Shown here: positions 30,736 to 40,771 of the stretch, piece after piece
Layout of the letters: each line of letters begins with the position of its first letter
Position numbering within the stretch: position 1 is the stretch's first letter
Source: Spirochaetia bacterium
Lineage (GTDB): Bacteria > Spirochaetota > Spirochaetia > SZUA-6 > Bin103
Reading direction: 5' to 3'
Assembly: GCA_965198005.1 (NCBI GenBank)
Contig: CBDAOI010000002.1
Coordinates: 320,001 to 384,000 of the forward strand
Length of the DNA stretch: 64,000 nt
Made by a program: the position numbers and the translations under genes
The notes under the pieces: generated by a model
Databases searched by the model: none
What the model saw: the letters and a program-made list of their open reading frames with translations, nothing else
What the model was told of the DNA's origin: nothing

Positions 30736-30890
30736 GCCGCAACTCGATGCTCCGAGTGTACTCACCGCCGCACGACCGGGCAATGGCCCCCGCGCTGCTC
30801 CAGCGCTGCCCACGGGAGGCACCGATTGCAGGGAACGATAGCTCGGCATCAAGTCTCGGATTGCGCTTGCTTGGATGGGTGTCAGGCGAA

Positions 30891-31482
30891 TCATGGGTGG
30901 CCACGATAATCTGTCGATCCATCGAACGCTGTTTGATCATGCCAGCGATCAGGCCGATCGCCGCCGGATGCAGGCCAAGTTCGGGTTCGTCCAGCAGGAC
31001 TACGTCGGGAAGCATGTAGGAAGGGAGGTTCAGCAGCGTCACGAGAGCGAACAGACGCAGCGAAACGCCTCATCGACGAACATGAACCGGTCGGGTTGCG
31101 CGTGCGCCAGTGCGAATCGATATTCGTTCCTGGCTGCGTCGGTGCGCATGACCAGCGTCGCTTCCATGCGTGGACTCACACTGCTGCCGCGAAACAACTG
31201 ATCGTCGGCTCCACCCTGATGTGTGATGAACTGAGCCAAGCGGCGAGCCCTCAGCATCCAGCTCATCATCTCGAAGAAACGGATCAGGTTGGACTTGCCC
31301 GAGCCGTTGGCGCCGATGAGCACCGCGGCTCGAGGAAGGTGCCGTATGTCGATATCCGCAAGCGATCGGAAGCCTTGGATACGGATCGCTACCAGAGATG
31401 TTGGGCTAGGCAGCGAACCCCCGCTGCCTGCCCCGGGTTCCGACCTGGATCCGGGTGGTTCTGGTAACCGGACGGTTGTCAC
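30891..31482 (-). pseudogene. AAA_21/ABC-type ATPase with a large internal deletion
   Basis: IQGFRSL...GANGSGKSN N-terminus is joined out of frame near 31060 to LLDEPELGLHP...IIVATH. Confidence 0.8.
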
Positions 31483-31743
31483 GGTGCTCGCCTCAGACTC
31501 CTCCGTTTCGCCTCAACGTGCGCCGCGCCTGCACGTCGCGGGAAGAAGTCGGCTGTATCATAGCGCTGTCCCTCGGGACGCTGTAGCGATGACGATACGT
31601 CCACCATAGTGAATACGACATCACAACAGTATTATACGTCCTGCACCCTGACTCGAACAGTCGCGAGGCAACCAGGCGATTGGCCGGCTGCGGGAGCGTT
31701 ATCCGCGCGTGGGACGGTCCGACACGCTGGAGTTGCACACGGC

Positions 31744-31915
31744 CCGGCGCGGGCCGCCGCCACCGGCAGCCGCTCGTAGGCGCTCACGTTGTCGCGCAGC
31801 TGCCACATGCGATCGAGGAACGGCCCATGCGAATAGCGTTCGACGTCAAGTCGGCGCCACTGGTCGAGCGTGAGCTCCCCGCGCTCGGCAGTCAGCCATC
31901 CGGTGGTTCGGGGAG
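31744..31915 (-). pseudogene. VapC (PIN) internal fragment fused to a ~30-bp ribokinase micro-remnant
   Basis: 31775-31911 closely matches 43736-43862 (RMWQLRDNVSAY); 31744-31774 matches two rbsK segments. Confidence 0.75.
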
Positions 31916-32274
31916 CCACGGTTCAAGTTCTTGACCCTGGCGAAGGTGGCCCGATCTGAGCATGCCGCTGGCAACTTCGCATATCCGGGACGCGGGTTGA
32001 CATACGACGGGTCCTGGCGTCAGAATCCCGTATCGTCACAGGGTGTGGACGCACGTGGGAAGATGGAATCGCCCAAACCACGTCCAGCACCGTCAATCAA
32101 CTCGCAATTCCAGGTCTTCACCGGGCTGCTCTATTTCCACGAAGGCGTCAGGCGGCTACGGCTGAATAGTCGCTAACCACCTATACGTAGGCACCAGAAT
32201 CGTCGTTTTGCCAACGCCGTTCTTCCCAATCATGATTGTCAAGGGTTCGAATCGGACTTCCGTGTCGACCAAAG

Positions 32275-33294
32275 TTAACCGGGATGGACGTCCCTCAGCG
32301 GCGCATCGCGCATCAGCTCCTTGCCTTGCAGCTCCTTCAGTATGTGTTCCACGCGTGGGTCGAAGACTTCCTTGAGCCTCGGAAGCAGGTCGAGCATCCA
32401 GGTTCTGGTCTCCTCCAGCTTCTCCGGCGGATCATCTATGGAGCCGTTTCTTCTTATGTTTATGCTGGAGAAAGTAAATGCGTTGTGCCTGTGCCAGCGC
32501 CATTCCTGGTCGGAGTCAGTGGCGATGCTCGCTTCGATGTTTGCTTTGTCCCTCATCAACTGATCGAATACGCGCTTGGTCAGATCCTTGTCGTCCGTTT
32601 GAATGTGCAGGGTTACCCAGGCATCGTTGTTGCCTTCAAGGGACACGGCGTACCATATGCCGGAGTTGAGGCGGGAGGGAACGTGACGGTCCGTGCTGCT
32701 GAATCTCTGTATTGCCCGGTCAGCAGCAAAGCCAGCCCCAAACAGTGCAGCGATGAGTGGTCGGAAGAAGTCATGGAACTGCCGGATGCGCGGGGACATG
32801 GTAGCCCCCCGTGGCTGTGTGATGTCCTTGTTCCAGCCGTCTGGGGTCACCACTGGGAGGAGACGCGGCTCGGGGGGCGCGTTACCGGTGTTCAGGAGCA
32901 TTACCTTGACGCCGTAGAACTTGAGCCCGTCGCGTGTCCATTGGTTGAGCCAGTGCAGGGTCTCGGCGTGTTCGTAGCGAAACTCGGGCGCGACCCATAC
33001 CGCGATTCGCGCGTCCAGCCCGGCCGCGTAGGTGAGCAGGGATAGATGGCTGTGGTCGGTCCAATACAACTGGTTCTCAATAGCGACGTTCACACCGGAG
33101 TCGACCTCTCTGGCCAGAATATCGCAGAAGAACGGGCCTACGGGCGCTTCCGTCTGGACCAGTTCCAGCTTCACTCCAAGCGCAGCGCTCAACATATCCA
33201 GGTTGTCAGCGAGCCATGGTGTGAAGTGCAGGGCCTCGTCCTTCCATCTGGTGTTGACGTCCACATACTCCATTCCTTCTTCCGCTGTGGTCAT
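32275..33294 (-). CDS. DUF4268-domain PD-(D/E)XK nuclease-like protein
   Basis: EALHFTPWL, CDILA, AIENQL..TDHSHL..LTYAAG, EFRYEH...WLN. Confidence 0.8.
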   Translation of the reverse strand: MTTAEEGMEYVDVNTRWKDEALHFTPWLADNLDMLSAALGVKLELVQTEAPVGPFFCDILAREVDSGVNVAIENQLYWTDHSHLSLLTYAAGLDARIAVWVAPEFRYEHAETLHWLNQWTRDGLKFYGVKVMLLNTGNAPPEPRLLPVVTPDGWNKDITQPRGATMSPRIRQFHDFFRPLIAALFGAGFAADRAIQRFSSTDRHVPSRLNSGIWYAVSLEGNNDAWVTLHIQTDDKDLTKRVFDQLMRDKANIEASIATDSDQEWRWHRHNAFTFSSINIRRNGSIDDPPEKLEETRTWMLDLLPRLKEVFDPRVEHILKELQGKELMRDAPLRDVHPG

Positions 33295-33300
33295 TGCGAA

Positions 33301-33520
33301 CTACTCCTCTCGTCTGCCTGTGTCTCCGCGCTCAATCACGAAGTCGCGGCGGTCACGGTACAACAGCGCACGGTTCAGCACATAGTCGTCCGCTTCCAGG
33401 TCGATGTCCGGGCAGTCCGTCATCGTCCAATACTTGTGTTCGCCCAGGAACAGGTACTTCCGCTGCTCGTGGAAGAACCAGCACTCGACGCCTTCTCCCT
33501 GCGCGATACGCGCGCAGAAC
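33301..33520 (-). pseudogene. C-terminal fragment of a conserved hypothetical protein
   Basis: FCARIAQGEGVECWFF..RKYLFLGEHKYWTM...LNRA; the N-terminus is replaced by the Lhr remnant. Confidence 0.5.
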
Positions 33521-33805
33521 GCCGTCGGGCATGGGGGGCGCGCCGTCCAGGAACCGGGTCTCGCCGGCCTCGCGGACCGCCACCGGGACGCCGTCGCGGA
33601 ACAGGATGCGGTTGCCGCGCACGGCGGCCAGGCGGTGGCGCTCGTGCGCCGCGCGCACCTTCCACCGGTCGCCGTCGGGCATGGGGGGCGCGCCGTCCAG
33701 GAACCGGGTCTCGCCGGCCTCGCGGACCGCCACCGGGACGCCGTCGCGGAACAGGATGCGGTTGCCGCGCACGGCGGATGGCGCTCGTGCGCCGGGCGCA
33801 CCTTG
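33520..33805. repeat. 150-bp tandem duplication
   Basis: 33520-33627 is identical to 33670-33777, followed by a degenerate extension. Confidence 0.92.
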
Positions 33806-34943
33806 ATCCGGCCGCGCCGGCCGGATCGACCGCGGGCAGCACGCGCAGCGCGCCCGCCGGCCCGGCGCGCCGTACGCGGCGCATCGCGGCGACCGCTTCG
33901 GCCAGCGCGAACTGCTCGCCGCCGACGCCGCTCACGAAGTAGCCGCCGCGGATCTGGCCGCGCGCCTCCAGCAGGCGGTAGACCACGACCAGGTCGCGCC
34001 AGGCGGGCGCCAGCGTCTCCCGCTCCAGCAGGCGCCGGAACACCACTCCGTAGCGGTGCAGCAGGCCGAGCGCGATCGCCTCCAGGTGCGTCTCGGCGGG
34101 CTCCGCGGCCGGCGGCAGCAGGCTCCAGCGTCCCGAGCGGCTGAGCGGCCGGCGCGGCACGGCGACCGGGGCACCGCCGCGGCCGGACTGGCGCCGGCGG
34201 GCGCGCTCCAGCCGGCGGGCGGCCGCCTGCCGCGCCGCGGGACGGATCAACGCGCGCAGGCCGGCGAAGCTGTCGCAGGTCACGACCCCGGCCGCCGCCA
34301 GCTCGCCGAGGGCGGTGTCGACCTGGGCCGGCAGCAGGTTGGTGACCCGCTGCACCTCGTCCCGGAACAGGGCGCCGCGGGTGGCCAGGCAGGAGCGGAC
34401 CTGCGCGGCCACCGCGCTGAGTCCCTCTGCCGGCGGCACCGGGCCCGGCGGCGCCGGCTCAGCCGCCCAGCCATTCACGGTCGGGCTGCCGGCGGTGGGG
34501 TTGCCGCGGGTCGAGTTGCCGGCAGCCGCAAGCGGCGCCGGCGCGGTGCCGCGCCACAGCTCCAGCTCGGTGCGGGGCAGCAGCGCGATCGGGCTGCTGG
34601 CGAGCGGCGCAATCGGTCCGCCGGGCCGGTTGCCGTTGCCGGCCGGCGCCCGCAACCGGCCCCAGGCGACCTCGCCGGCGGCGCACAACAGGTCGAGCCA
34701 GGCCGGATCGTAGTCGGCCAGCCGCGCCGGCAGGATCCACTCCTCCCACGCCGCCGCGGGCGCCTCGCACCCGGCGAGCTGGCGAATCACGGCCAACAGC
34801 GCCTCCGGACCGCTGCCGCCGTCCACGGCCGGCTCGCGCTCGAACGCGCCGCCGCCGATGGCAGCGACGTGCTGCCACTCGAACAGGGAGCGCAGGTAAT
34901 CGTCGAACGTCAGCGGCTCGATCTCGCGCCGCAGGCGGGTCAG
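33520..34943 (-). pseudogene. lhr: C-terminal half of an Lhr-family DEAD/H helicase
   Basis: RLRREIEP, WEEWILPARL..Y..WLD.LC..GEVAW, RYGVVFR, EARGQIRGGYFVSG..GEQFA, GNRILFRDGVPVA; no helicase motor domain. Confidence 0.85.
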
Positions 34944-35366
34944 AAAAACAATCTTGTCTCGGTTGTTGCGATGGCATTCTCTCCTTCGATCTTCGTCTTC
35001 CCCGTCGCAATTGTCAAGATTTAAGAAGAGAGCCGGGCTCCCAGTAGCGCCTGGGGTTTGTGTCTCATTGGAGTCATTGAACGAGACGCGCGGAGCGGAT
35101 GTTCCTTCAATGCTATTTCCGATAACGTAATGATGAGTGCCGCTAACCGTCGGGACAATAGTTGGTATGGTACTGGATCCGTTTTCGCTTAGTGGTGATT
35201 CGACAGGCGGTCAGTTGACAGGTGGTTCACCGCTTGGTCCGCCTCCTATCGGTCCAGAACCACCGCCTGATCCGAATCCGCCGAACTGAGCCGTCGCGGT
35301 AACATCAACCAAAAGCATAATTGAACACATTGCGAGCAAAACGGCCCTAACAGACGTTGTTCTCAT
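34944..35366 (-). pseudogene. N-terminal part of a secreted protein with an in-frame TGA at 35211-35213
   Basis: SD AAGGAG, signal peptide (..VTATA-QF), Gly/Pro linker; the frame stays open after the single TGA; lower GC than its neighbours. Confidence 0.55.
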
Positions 35367-35465
35367 ATTCGGAAATCTCCTTAGTGGTGAGTCTCTCAAG
35401 AATCGAGCCCATCCAGGCGGGCAATCACATCGCGTAGTGTCGGGTCTTAGTCTGGGACGTTTCAA

Positions 35466-35753
35466 CTATACAGGATACGCCGAAGCGACGACAGGGTCAG
35501 GTGCCGATTCGCCGCGCATTGGGGCGGTGCCCGAATCGTGCCGACGTAGCGGGCGCGCACCAAGGGTAAGTGGAGCGACTAGGCGATCGCTCAGTACGTG
35601 CAGGCCGCGGCGCACCTCGCCCTCGTCGGCGCGAAGTGTGTTGATCTCGCGGTGCTGACTCGCCCCTCGCGAGCGGACCACCGGCAGCAGCACGCCCAGC
35701 ACGGCCGCCACTGTACCAAGGGCGCCGAACAGGGTAGTCAGGGCGGGGCTCAT
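35466..35753 (-). CDS. Small membrane-anchored coiled-coil protein, probably degenerate
   Basis: N-terminal TM helix followed by REINTLRAD.GEVRRGLH.LSDR. Confidence 0.45.
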   Translation of the reverse strand: MSPALTTLFGALGTVAAVLGVLLPVVRSRGASQHREINTLRADEGEVRRGLHVLSDRLVAPLTLGARPLRRHDSGTAPMRGESAPDPVVASAYPV

Positions 35754-35914
35754 AGGTGAGCCGCGGCTTCCCCGGGGGCAAGTTTAGGCGGGCGGTGCCT
35801 CCGCTCGAACGATCGGCAGCAGGCATCGAGTTTCAGCCTGCGCGCCCACACGGAGGCAGTAAAGCCGATAGGCCCGTAGCGTCCGGTAACGCCCGTTCTG
35901 TCGAGCCACGGCGG

Positions 35915-37297
35915 TCAGCGCAGCTCCCGCATCACCGCGCCAACGGCTCCTGCCGAATCGGCAACGTTGAATGGGAAACAGACCATCTCCAGATCGTGAT
36001 CTTCGACGAATCGGAAATGGAGCGTCTCGCGAAACGCCGTCGTCCTTGGATAGACGAGGACGACACGCCGGCAGCCGTATCGCTTCCCGTAGGCGAAGAG
36101 CTGGTACGCATCGTCCTGACTGACCCCATGGTTCGCAGCGTCGGGATCGAGACGCTTCCACTTCGCATCCAGGATGAATCGGGCCTGCCCACGTTCCATC
36201 AGGACGATGTCCGGCTTCAGCCGAAAGGTGTCCTTGCCGGCGCCGTCCGTCGCCAGAGGCCGCATCGGCCCCTGGGCGCGCACCGTGAAACGCCGCTGGT
36301 GACGACGGAAAGCGGCGGTGACGAAGTCCTCGAACACTTCCTCCATCGGGAACAGCAGCGCACGGTTCACGTGCGGGCCGGCGAACGTGCCCAGACCTTG
36401 GCCGAACAGGAACAACCCGACCCACGGCATCACGGCGTCGTAGTGTCGTATCGAGCGCTCGACTCGATGCCGCGCCCAGTCGTCGTCCAGGTTCGTCGAA
36501 GGCGGCACCTCGGAGAAGACGATGCGCAACTGGTGAACCCGCTGTCGGTTCTCGGGATGACGCACGACACCCATGAGCCGCCGCAACGCAAGGTGAATCA
36601 GACGGTTTGCCGGCCGGTCCGCTGTGAACTCATCGTAGCCGACGTAGAACCGGGAGCGGTCGATCAGATTCTCGCGAACGTGTGGCTGGAATAGGATCCG
36701 CCCACGCATGCAGGAGAGATTCGCCTCCCGCGTACGGTACGCACGGGCGAAGCCACGCTGGGTCAGCAGGACGACGCTCGCCAGGAACAGATGGACAAAT
36801 GCTTCGAACATGTCCATGTGGCGGATCGCTCGGATGCCGGCACTGTCAAGCTGCGCTTCACCGAGACCGCGCCAATCCCGCAGCATGGCCAGGAAGACAC
36901 GCCGAGTGTCTTCCTCCTCGCCTGCCACGGCATCAGGATCGCCGTCCGTCTCTCGCGACGGGGTCCCTGCTGGTCCTTCTTCTTGGTGTCTCCCGTCGCT
37001 CGTCAGATCGACCTTCGGCAGGATTTCGATCACGGTCCCACGGTGTGTTTCGATGATCCCAACGTAGTTCTGTGCGTGGAGGCGACCGTTCCGTAGCGCG
37101 AAGACGGCCCGGCGCTGACTCCGTTCGTCGGTCGATTGCGCGAGTGCGAATCTCTCCAGATCACGCTGTTCGTCTTCACGCAATCCGTTGAGCGGCTCGT
37201 ACTCTCGAACGACCAGTGCGTGCGACACGGTGCGTCGTGGCCCCGGCGGCGCGGCGGTAAAGGAGTCCTCGCCGGATGGATGTCGCACTTGCGTCAC
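35915..37297 (-). CDS. mcrC: McrC-family nuclease subunit
   Basis: NYVGII..IEILPK, LFPMEEVFEDFV, LKPDIV, ILDAKWK, DAYQLFAYG; GTGA overlap with mcrB. Confidence 0.92.
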   Translation of the reverse strand: MTQVRHPSGEDSFTAAPPGPRRTVSHALVVREYEPLNGLREDEQRDLERFALAQSTDERSQRRAVFALRNGRLHAQNYVGIIETHRGTVIEILPKVDLTSDGRHQEEGPAGTPSRETDGDPDAVAGEEEDTRRVFLAMLRDWRGLGEAQLDSAGIRAIRHMDMFEAFVHLFLASVVLLTQRGFARAYRTREANLSCMRGRILFQPHVRENLIDRSRFYVGYDEFTADRPANRLIHLALRRLMGVVRHPENRQRVHQLRIVFSEVPPSTNLDDDWARHRVERSIRHYDAVMPWVGLFLFGQGLGTFAGPHVNRALLFPMEEVFEDFVTAAFRRHQRRFTVRAQGPMRPLATDGAGKDTFRLKPDIVLMERGQARFILDAKWKRLDPDAANHGVSQDDAYQLFAYGKRYGCRRVVLVYPRTTAFRETLHFRFVEDHDLEMVCFPFNVADSAGAVGAVMRELR

Positions 37298-39015
37298 TCC
37301 GGCACGCTTCGCTCAGGGTCTCCACGTGCCGCGCTGCCGTTTTCCGTCTGCGTCGTCGTCTCGTAGATCGCTCGGTACGCCGTAGGGGAGGTCCACCGTC
37401 CGTCGGCGGCGGGCCACAGATCGTACACGGCCCGGCTGGCATCCACCAGATCCATTCTGGCCAGCTCCTCCGGCAGATTCGACTTCCGGACGAATCCGTT
37501 GTTGTTCAGAACCGCGCGGATCTTTTCCCAGTCGTCGTAGAAGTACTCCTGCAGCAGCGGCATGACTCGGGTCCGGAACGTGCTCGCGAGCAACTCCACG
37601 GTGTCTACCCTCAGGAAGTAGGTGTGTCCGATCTGGTGCTCCCGATCCAGCAATACGGCGATGCGAAGATTCATCGCGGCCAGAAGCTTGCTGCAATCGA
37701 CGCCGTCCACGTCCGCACTGAGGCCTGGATGGGACGGGTCCGGCATCATCTCCTCGAACACGAACCGGCGTCGCAGCGCTGTGTCCAGGAGGGCGATGGA
37801 TCGGTCCGCGGTGTTCATCGTCCCGAGCACGTGCAGGTTCGCCGGTACGCCAAAGGCCGTCTTCGAGCCGGGCAGTGTCACCCGCGCTTCGTCGGCTTGG
37901 CCGATTCGCTTTGAGTCCTCGATCAGGGTGATCAGCTCGCCGAAGATTCGGGCAATGTTGCCGCGGTTGATTTCGTCGATGACCAGGACGTAGCGCCGGT
38001 TCGGCTCCAGCGCGGCGCGCTCCGCGATGCGCCGGAACACGCCGCGCGACAACTCATACCGAACCTCGCCAGCAGCTCCGGGTTCGGGCCGGGTCTCCGC
38101 GCTGTCGCTCGCGCCGTCTGCCAGAACCGGACGGATGCCTTCAACAAAGTCCTCGTAGGTGGTGTTTTGGTGAAACGTCACCATCTCGATTCGCCCGGCA
38201 CCTTGATGCTCGTCGAACCGGCGCTTGACGATAGCGCGGTCCTCCGCCGCCACCTCACCGACTTCCCGATCCTCGACAACCGCCACCGCGTACGTGACGG
38301 TATGCCACGTCTTCCCGGTTCCGGGCGGGCCGTAGAGAATCGTGTTCAGGGCATGCGCCAATCGAACCGGACCGCGACGCGGCGGCCGGGGGTCGGGATG
38401 CTCCCGGTGGAGCTTCCATACGACCGATTGAGCGTCCAGTCGTGTACTCGGTCTATCCATGCCCCGCCTCCGTGCTTCTTCGAGTACACGGTCAAGGAAT
38501 CCAAGGGCATACTCGTACTCATCCCCTACATCGGCGGCGGAAGGCTCCGGATAGCCCAGTCTCTGATATACGGCTCGGAACGGCGTTTGTCGGTATGGCG
38601 GATACTGTTGCGGATCGATCCCCATCATGAGATACGATGCGAAATTGAGGCGAGTGCCCGTGGCTCCTCGGGGGTACACGCTTTCGGGTAGTCTGCCGTC
38701 GAATGAGCGTACGCGATCGCCGGGCGCTCGGTCGTCTTCGCTCCACATTTCCGACAGGCCACGACGCGCCTCTTCCACGTTTCCGTCGATCCACTCCACG
38801 AGTTTCGCGTGATTGCGCCAGTTGACGATGTTATTCGATTTGTGCGTGATCGCTGCCGTCACAGCCCTCGGCCAGTCTCGCTCTTCGCGCAGCAGTGCCT
38901 CACGGGCTCTGGTCAACGCCTTCCCAAGCTCGATCTTGTACCGTTCTTCTCGGTCAATCTCCTCGTACCTCTCCCTCGCCGTTGCGAGGTATGCGTCCCA
39001 TAGTGCTTCGCTCAT
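37294..39015 (-). CDS. mcrB: McrB-family AAA+ GTPase
   Basis: ILYGPPGTGKT, VTFHQ..YEDFVEG, IDEINRGN, GTMNTADRS, ALRRRF, PLLQEYFY. Confidence 0.93.
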   Translation of the reverse strand: MSEALWDAYLATARERYEEIDREERYKIELGKALTRAREALLREERDWPRAVTAAITHKSNNIVNWRNHAKLVEWIDGNVEEARRGLSEMWSEDDRAPGDRVRSFDGRLPESVYPRGATGTRLNFASYLMMGIDPQQYPPYRQTPFRAVYQRLGYPEPSAADVGDEYEYALGFLDRVLEEARRRGMDRPSTRLDAQSVVWKLHREHPDPRPPRRGPVRLAHALNTILYGPPGTGKTWHTVTYAVAVVEDREVGEVAAEDRAIVKRRFDEHQGAGRIEMVTFHQNTTYEDFVEGIRPVLADGASDSAETRPEPGAAGEVRYELSRGVFRRIAERAALEPNRRYVLVIDEINRGNIARIFGELITLIEDSKRIGQADEARVTLPGSKTAFGVPANLHVLGTMNTADRSIALLDTALRRRFVFEEMMPDPSHPGLSADVDGVDCSKLLAAMNLRIAVLLDREHQIGHTYFLRVDTVELLASTFRTRVMPLLQEYFYDDWEKIRAVLNNNGFVRKSNLPEELARMDLVDASRAVYDLWPAADGRWTSPTAYRAIYETTTQTENGSAARGDPERSVPE

Positions 39016-39350
39016 TCGGTCAGGACCCTCAGGGCCTGCTCGGGCGCCTTGTCGAGCACTCGGAGCAGTGCCCTCGCCGCGCCGGTGGGGCAGCGCTTGC
39101 CCTGCTCCCAGTTGCGGATCGTCTCGTGCGGCACGTCGATGCGACGCGCCAACTCCACCTGCGTCAGTCCCAGGCGCCGGCGCACCCGGCGGGCATACTG
39201 CGCCATGTCTCGCATCGCCTCGGCGTCGTCCTGCTGCTGTTGCAGGGCGAGGTCCCTTTCAGTCGTGCCGTCCAGCACCTCATGGTCGACCCGCCCCCGC
39301 GGCCAGCTCTGCGGATCGTCGAGATCAACCCTCACGTGTATTCTGCTCAT
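39012..39350 (-). CDS. XRE-family HTH protein (probable antitoxin)
   Basis: RRRLGLTQ.ELA...TIRNWEQGKR.PTGAARALL. Confidence 0.85.
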   Translation of the reverse strand: MSRIHVRVDLDDPQSWPRGRVDHEVLDGTTERDLALQQQQDDAEAMRDMAQYARRVRRRLGLTQVELARRIDVPHETIRNWEQGKRCPTGAARALLRVLDKAPEQALRVLTE

Positions 39351-39499
39351 ACTCCCGAATCTCCTTGCTGTTGGCCTTGCGGGCCGAGATGATACGGATG
39401 GCCGACCCGCGTATCGTGTAGATCAGGACAAACACACGTCCCTCGATCACCCCGAGCAGTCGGTAGCGGTCCTCTCCGTAATCCCATCGCCGGTCCCGT
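39325..39499 (-). pseudogene. brnT: BrnT-family toxin, 5'-truncated
   Basis: Own translation: DRRWDYGEDRYRLLGVIEGRVFVLIYTIRGSAIRIISARKANSKEIREYE; no start codon. Confidence 0.85.
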
Positions 39500-39501
39500 C
39501 C

Positions 39502-39629
39502 GCCGCGTCGAAGCGATCACTCTGCACCCATCCCCGTAACGTCAGAATCGCTTGCCCGCCGGCCTCTCGCCAGCGCATCCCCGAGCGCTTCATCCGTTCG
39601 GTGACCAGCGTCTTGCACGCTGCCTCCAT
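39502..39629 (-). mobile_element. ISKra4-family transposase fragment
   Basis: EAACKTLVTERMKRSGMRWREAGGQAILTLR...SDRFD, typical of the ISKra4 C-terminus. Confidence 0.75.
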
Positions 39630-39676
39630 TTTACCGGCGCCCGGCGGCAAGCGGCCGCCAGCGCCGCCGCGGCTGC

Positions 39677-40771
39677 TCAAGCCGTGGTTTCCGGGGCCGC
39701 GCCGCCGGCGAGCAGCGCTTCGATCCGGGCGCGGTGCGGCATGGAGGGCTGCGCCCCTTCCTGCTGGACCGAGAGCGCGGCGCCGGCGGATGCGTACCGG
39801 AGCGCGGCCGGGATGGCGGCGCCGGCCGCCAACGCCGCGGCGAACACGCCGCAGAAGCAGTCGCCGGCGCCCACCGTGTCGACCGCGGTCGCCGGCCGCG
39901 CCGGCTGGTGCAGCAGCTCGACCTGCCCGGCGCCGCCGCGCCGCACCCAGAGGCAGCCGTCCGCCCCGAGCGTGACGATCAGGTTGCGTACCGGCGCCGC
40001 GCGCCCGTCCGCCACCAGCGCCCGCGCCCGCTCGGCAACCGCGGCACTGCCGGCGATCGCGGCAGCGGCCGGGTCAGTGACTGCGATCGGGGCAGTGGCG
40101 GCCACCGGGCCAGTGCCAGTGGCGGCGGCAGTGGAGGTGGCCGGCGCCTCCGCTCCGGCCAGCGCCGCCAGCTCGACCTCGTTCACCAGCAGGAACTCCA
40201 CCGCCGCCAGCACCTCCGCCGGCGGCGGGGTCTCCGGCGCCGGCGCCAAGTTCCAGATCACGCGCGCGCCGGCAGCGCCCCACCGGGCCGCGCACGCCGC
40301 CGTGGTCGCGGGATCGATCTCGTTCTGCAACAGCAGCACCGGCGCAGCCGGCGCGCTCCCGGCCGGCGGCGGCGCCAGCTCGGGACCGAACTGCCGGTTG
40401 GCACCCGGCGCGACCACGATCTGATTCTCGCCGCGGCCGTCGACTAGGATCAGCGCGACCCCCGAAGCCTGCCCCGGCAGCGTCACCAGCCGGTCGGCGA
40501 TCACCCCCGCCTGCTCCAGACTGGCGCGCCCAGCCCGCCCGTATGCGTCGTCCCCCACCGCCCCGATGAACGTGGTCGTCGCCCCCGCGCGCGCCGCCGC
40601 CACCGCCTGATTCGCCCCCTTGCCGCCGGCGAACTGGGCGAACCGCTCCCCGAACATCGTTTCGCCCCCCACCGGCAGCCGCTGCACGTAGGCCACCAGA
40701 TCGGTGTTGATCGAACCCACCACGTACACCGCAGCAGCCGCCGCACCCCGGCGCGCGCCGCCCGCACTCAA
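39677..40771 (-). CDS. rbsK: Ribokinase (PfkB family)
   Basis: VVGSINTDL, GGKGANQAVAAARAG, VNEVE, DTVGAGDCF; TTG start overlaps the cysE stop. Confidence 0.92.
   Translation of the reverse strand: MSAGGARRGAAAAAVYVVGSINTDLVAYVQRLPVGGETMFGERFAQFAGGKGANQAVAAARAGATTTFIGAVGDDAYGRAGRASLEQAGVIADRLVTLPGQASGVALILVDGRGENQIVVAPGANRQFGPELAPPPAGSAPAAPVLLLQNEIDPATTAACAARWGAAGARVIWNLAPAPETPPPAEVLAAVEFLLVNEVELAALAGAEAPATSTAAATGTGPVAATAPIAVTDPAAAAIAGSAAVAERARALVADGRAAPVRNLIVTLGADGCLWVRRGGAGQVELLHQPARPATAVDTVGAGDCFCGVFAAALAAGAAIPAALRYASAGAALSVQQEGAQPSMPHRARIEALLAGGAAPETTA

Noticed and set aside
32236-32275. GGGTTCGAATC...CCA resembling a tRNA 3' half or att site
   Set aside because: The T-stem does not pair and there is no cloverleaf or second copy.
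33520-33805. CRISPR-like repeat
   Set aside because: Only two long coding copies, no spacers and no cas genes.
35211-35213. Selenocysteine or recoded TGA
   Set aside because: Not in a redox motif, no evident SECIS, and TGA is a normal stop elsewhere in the window.
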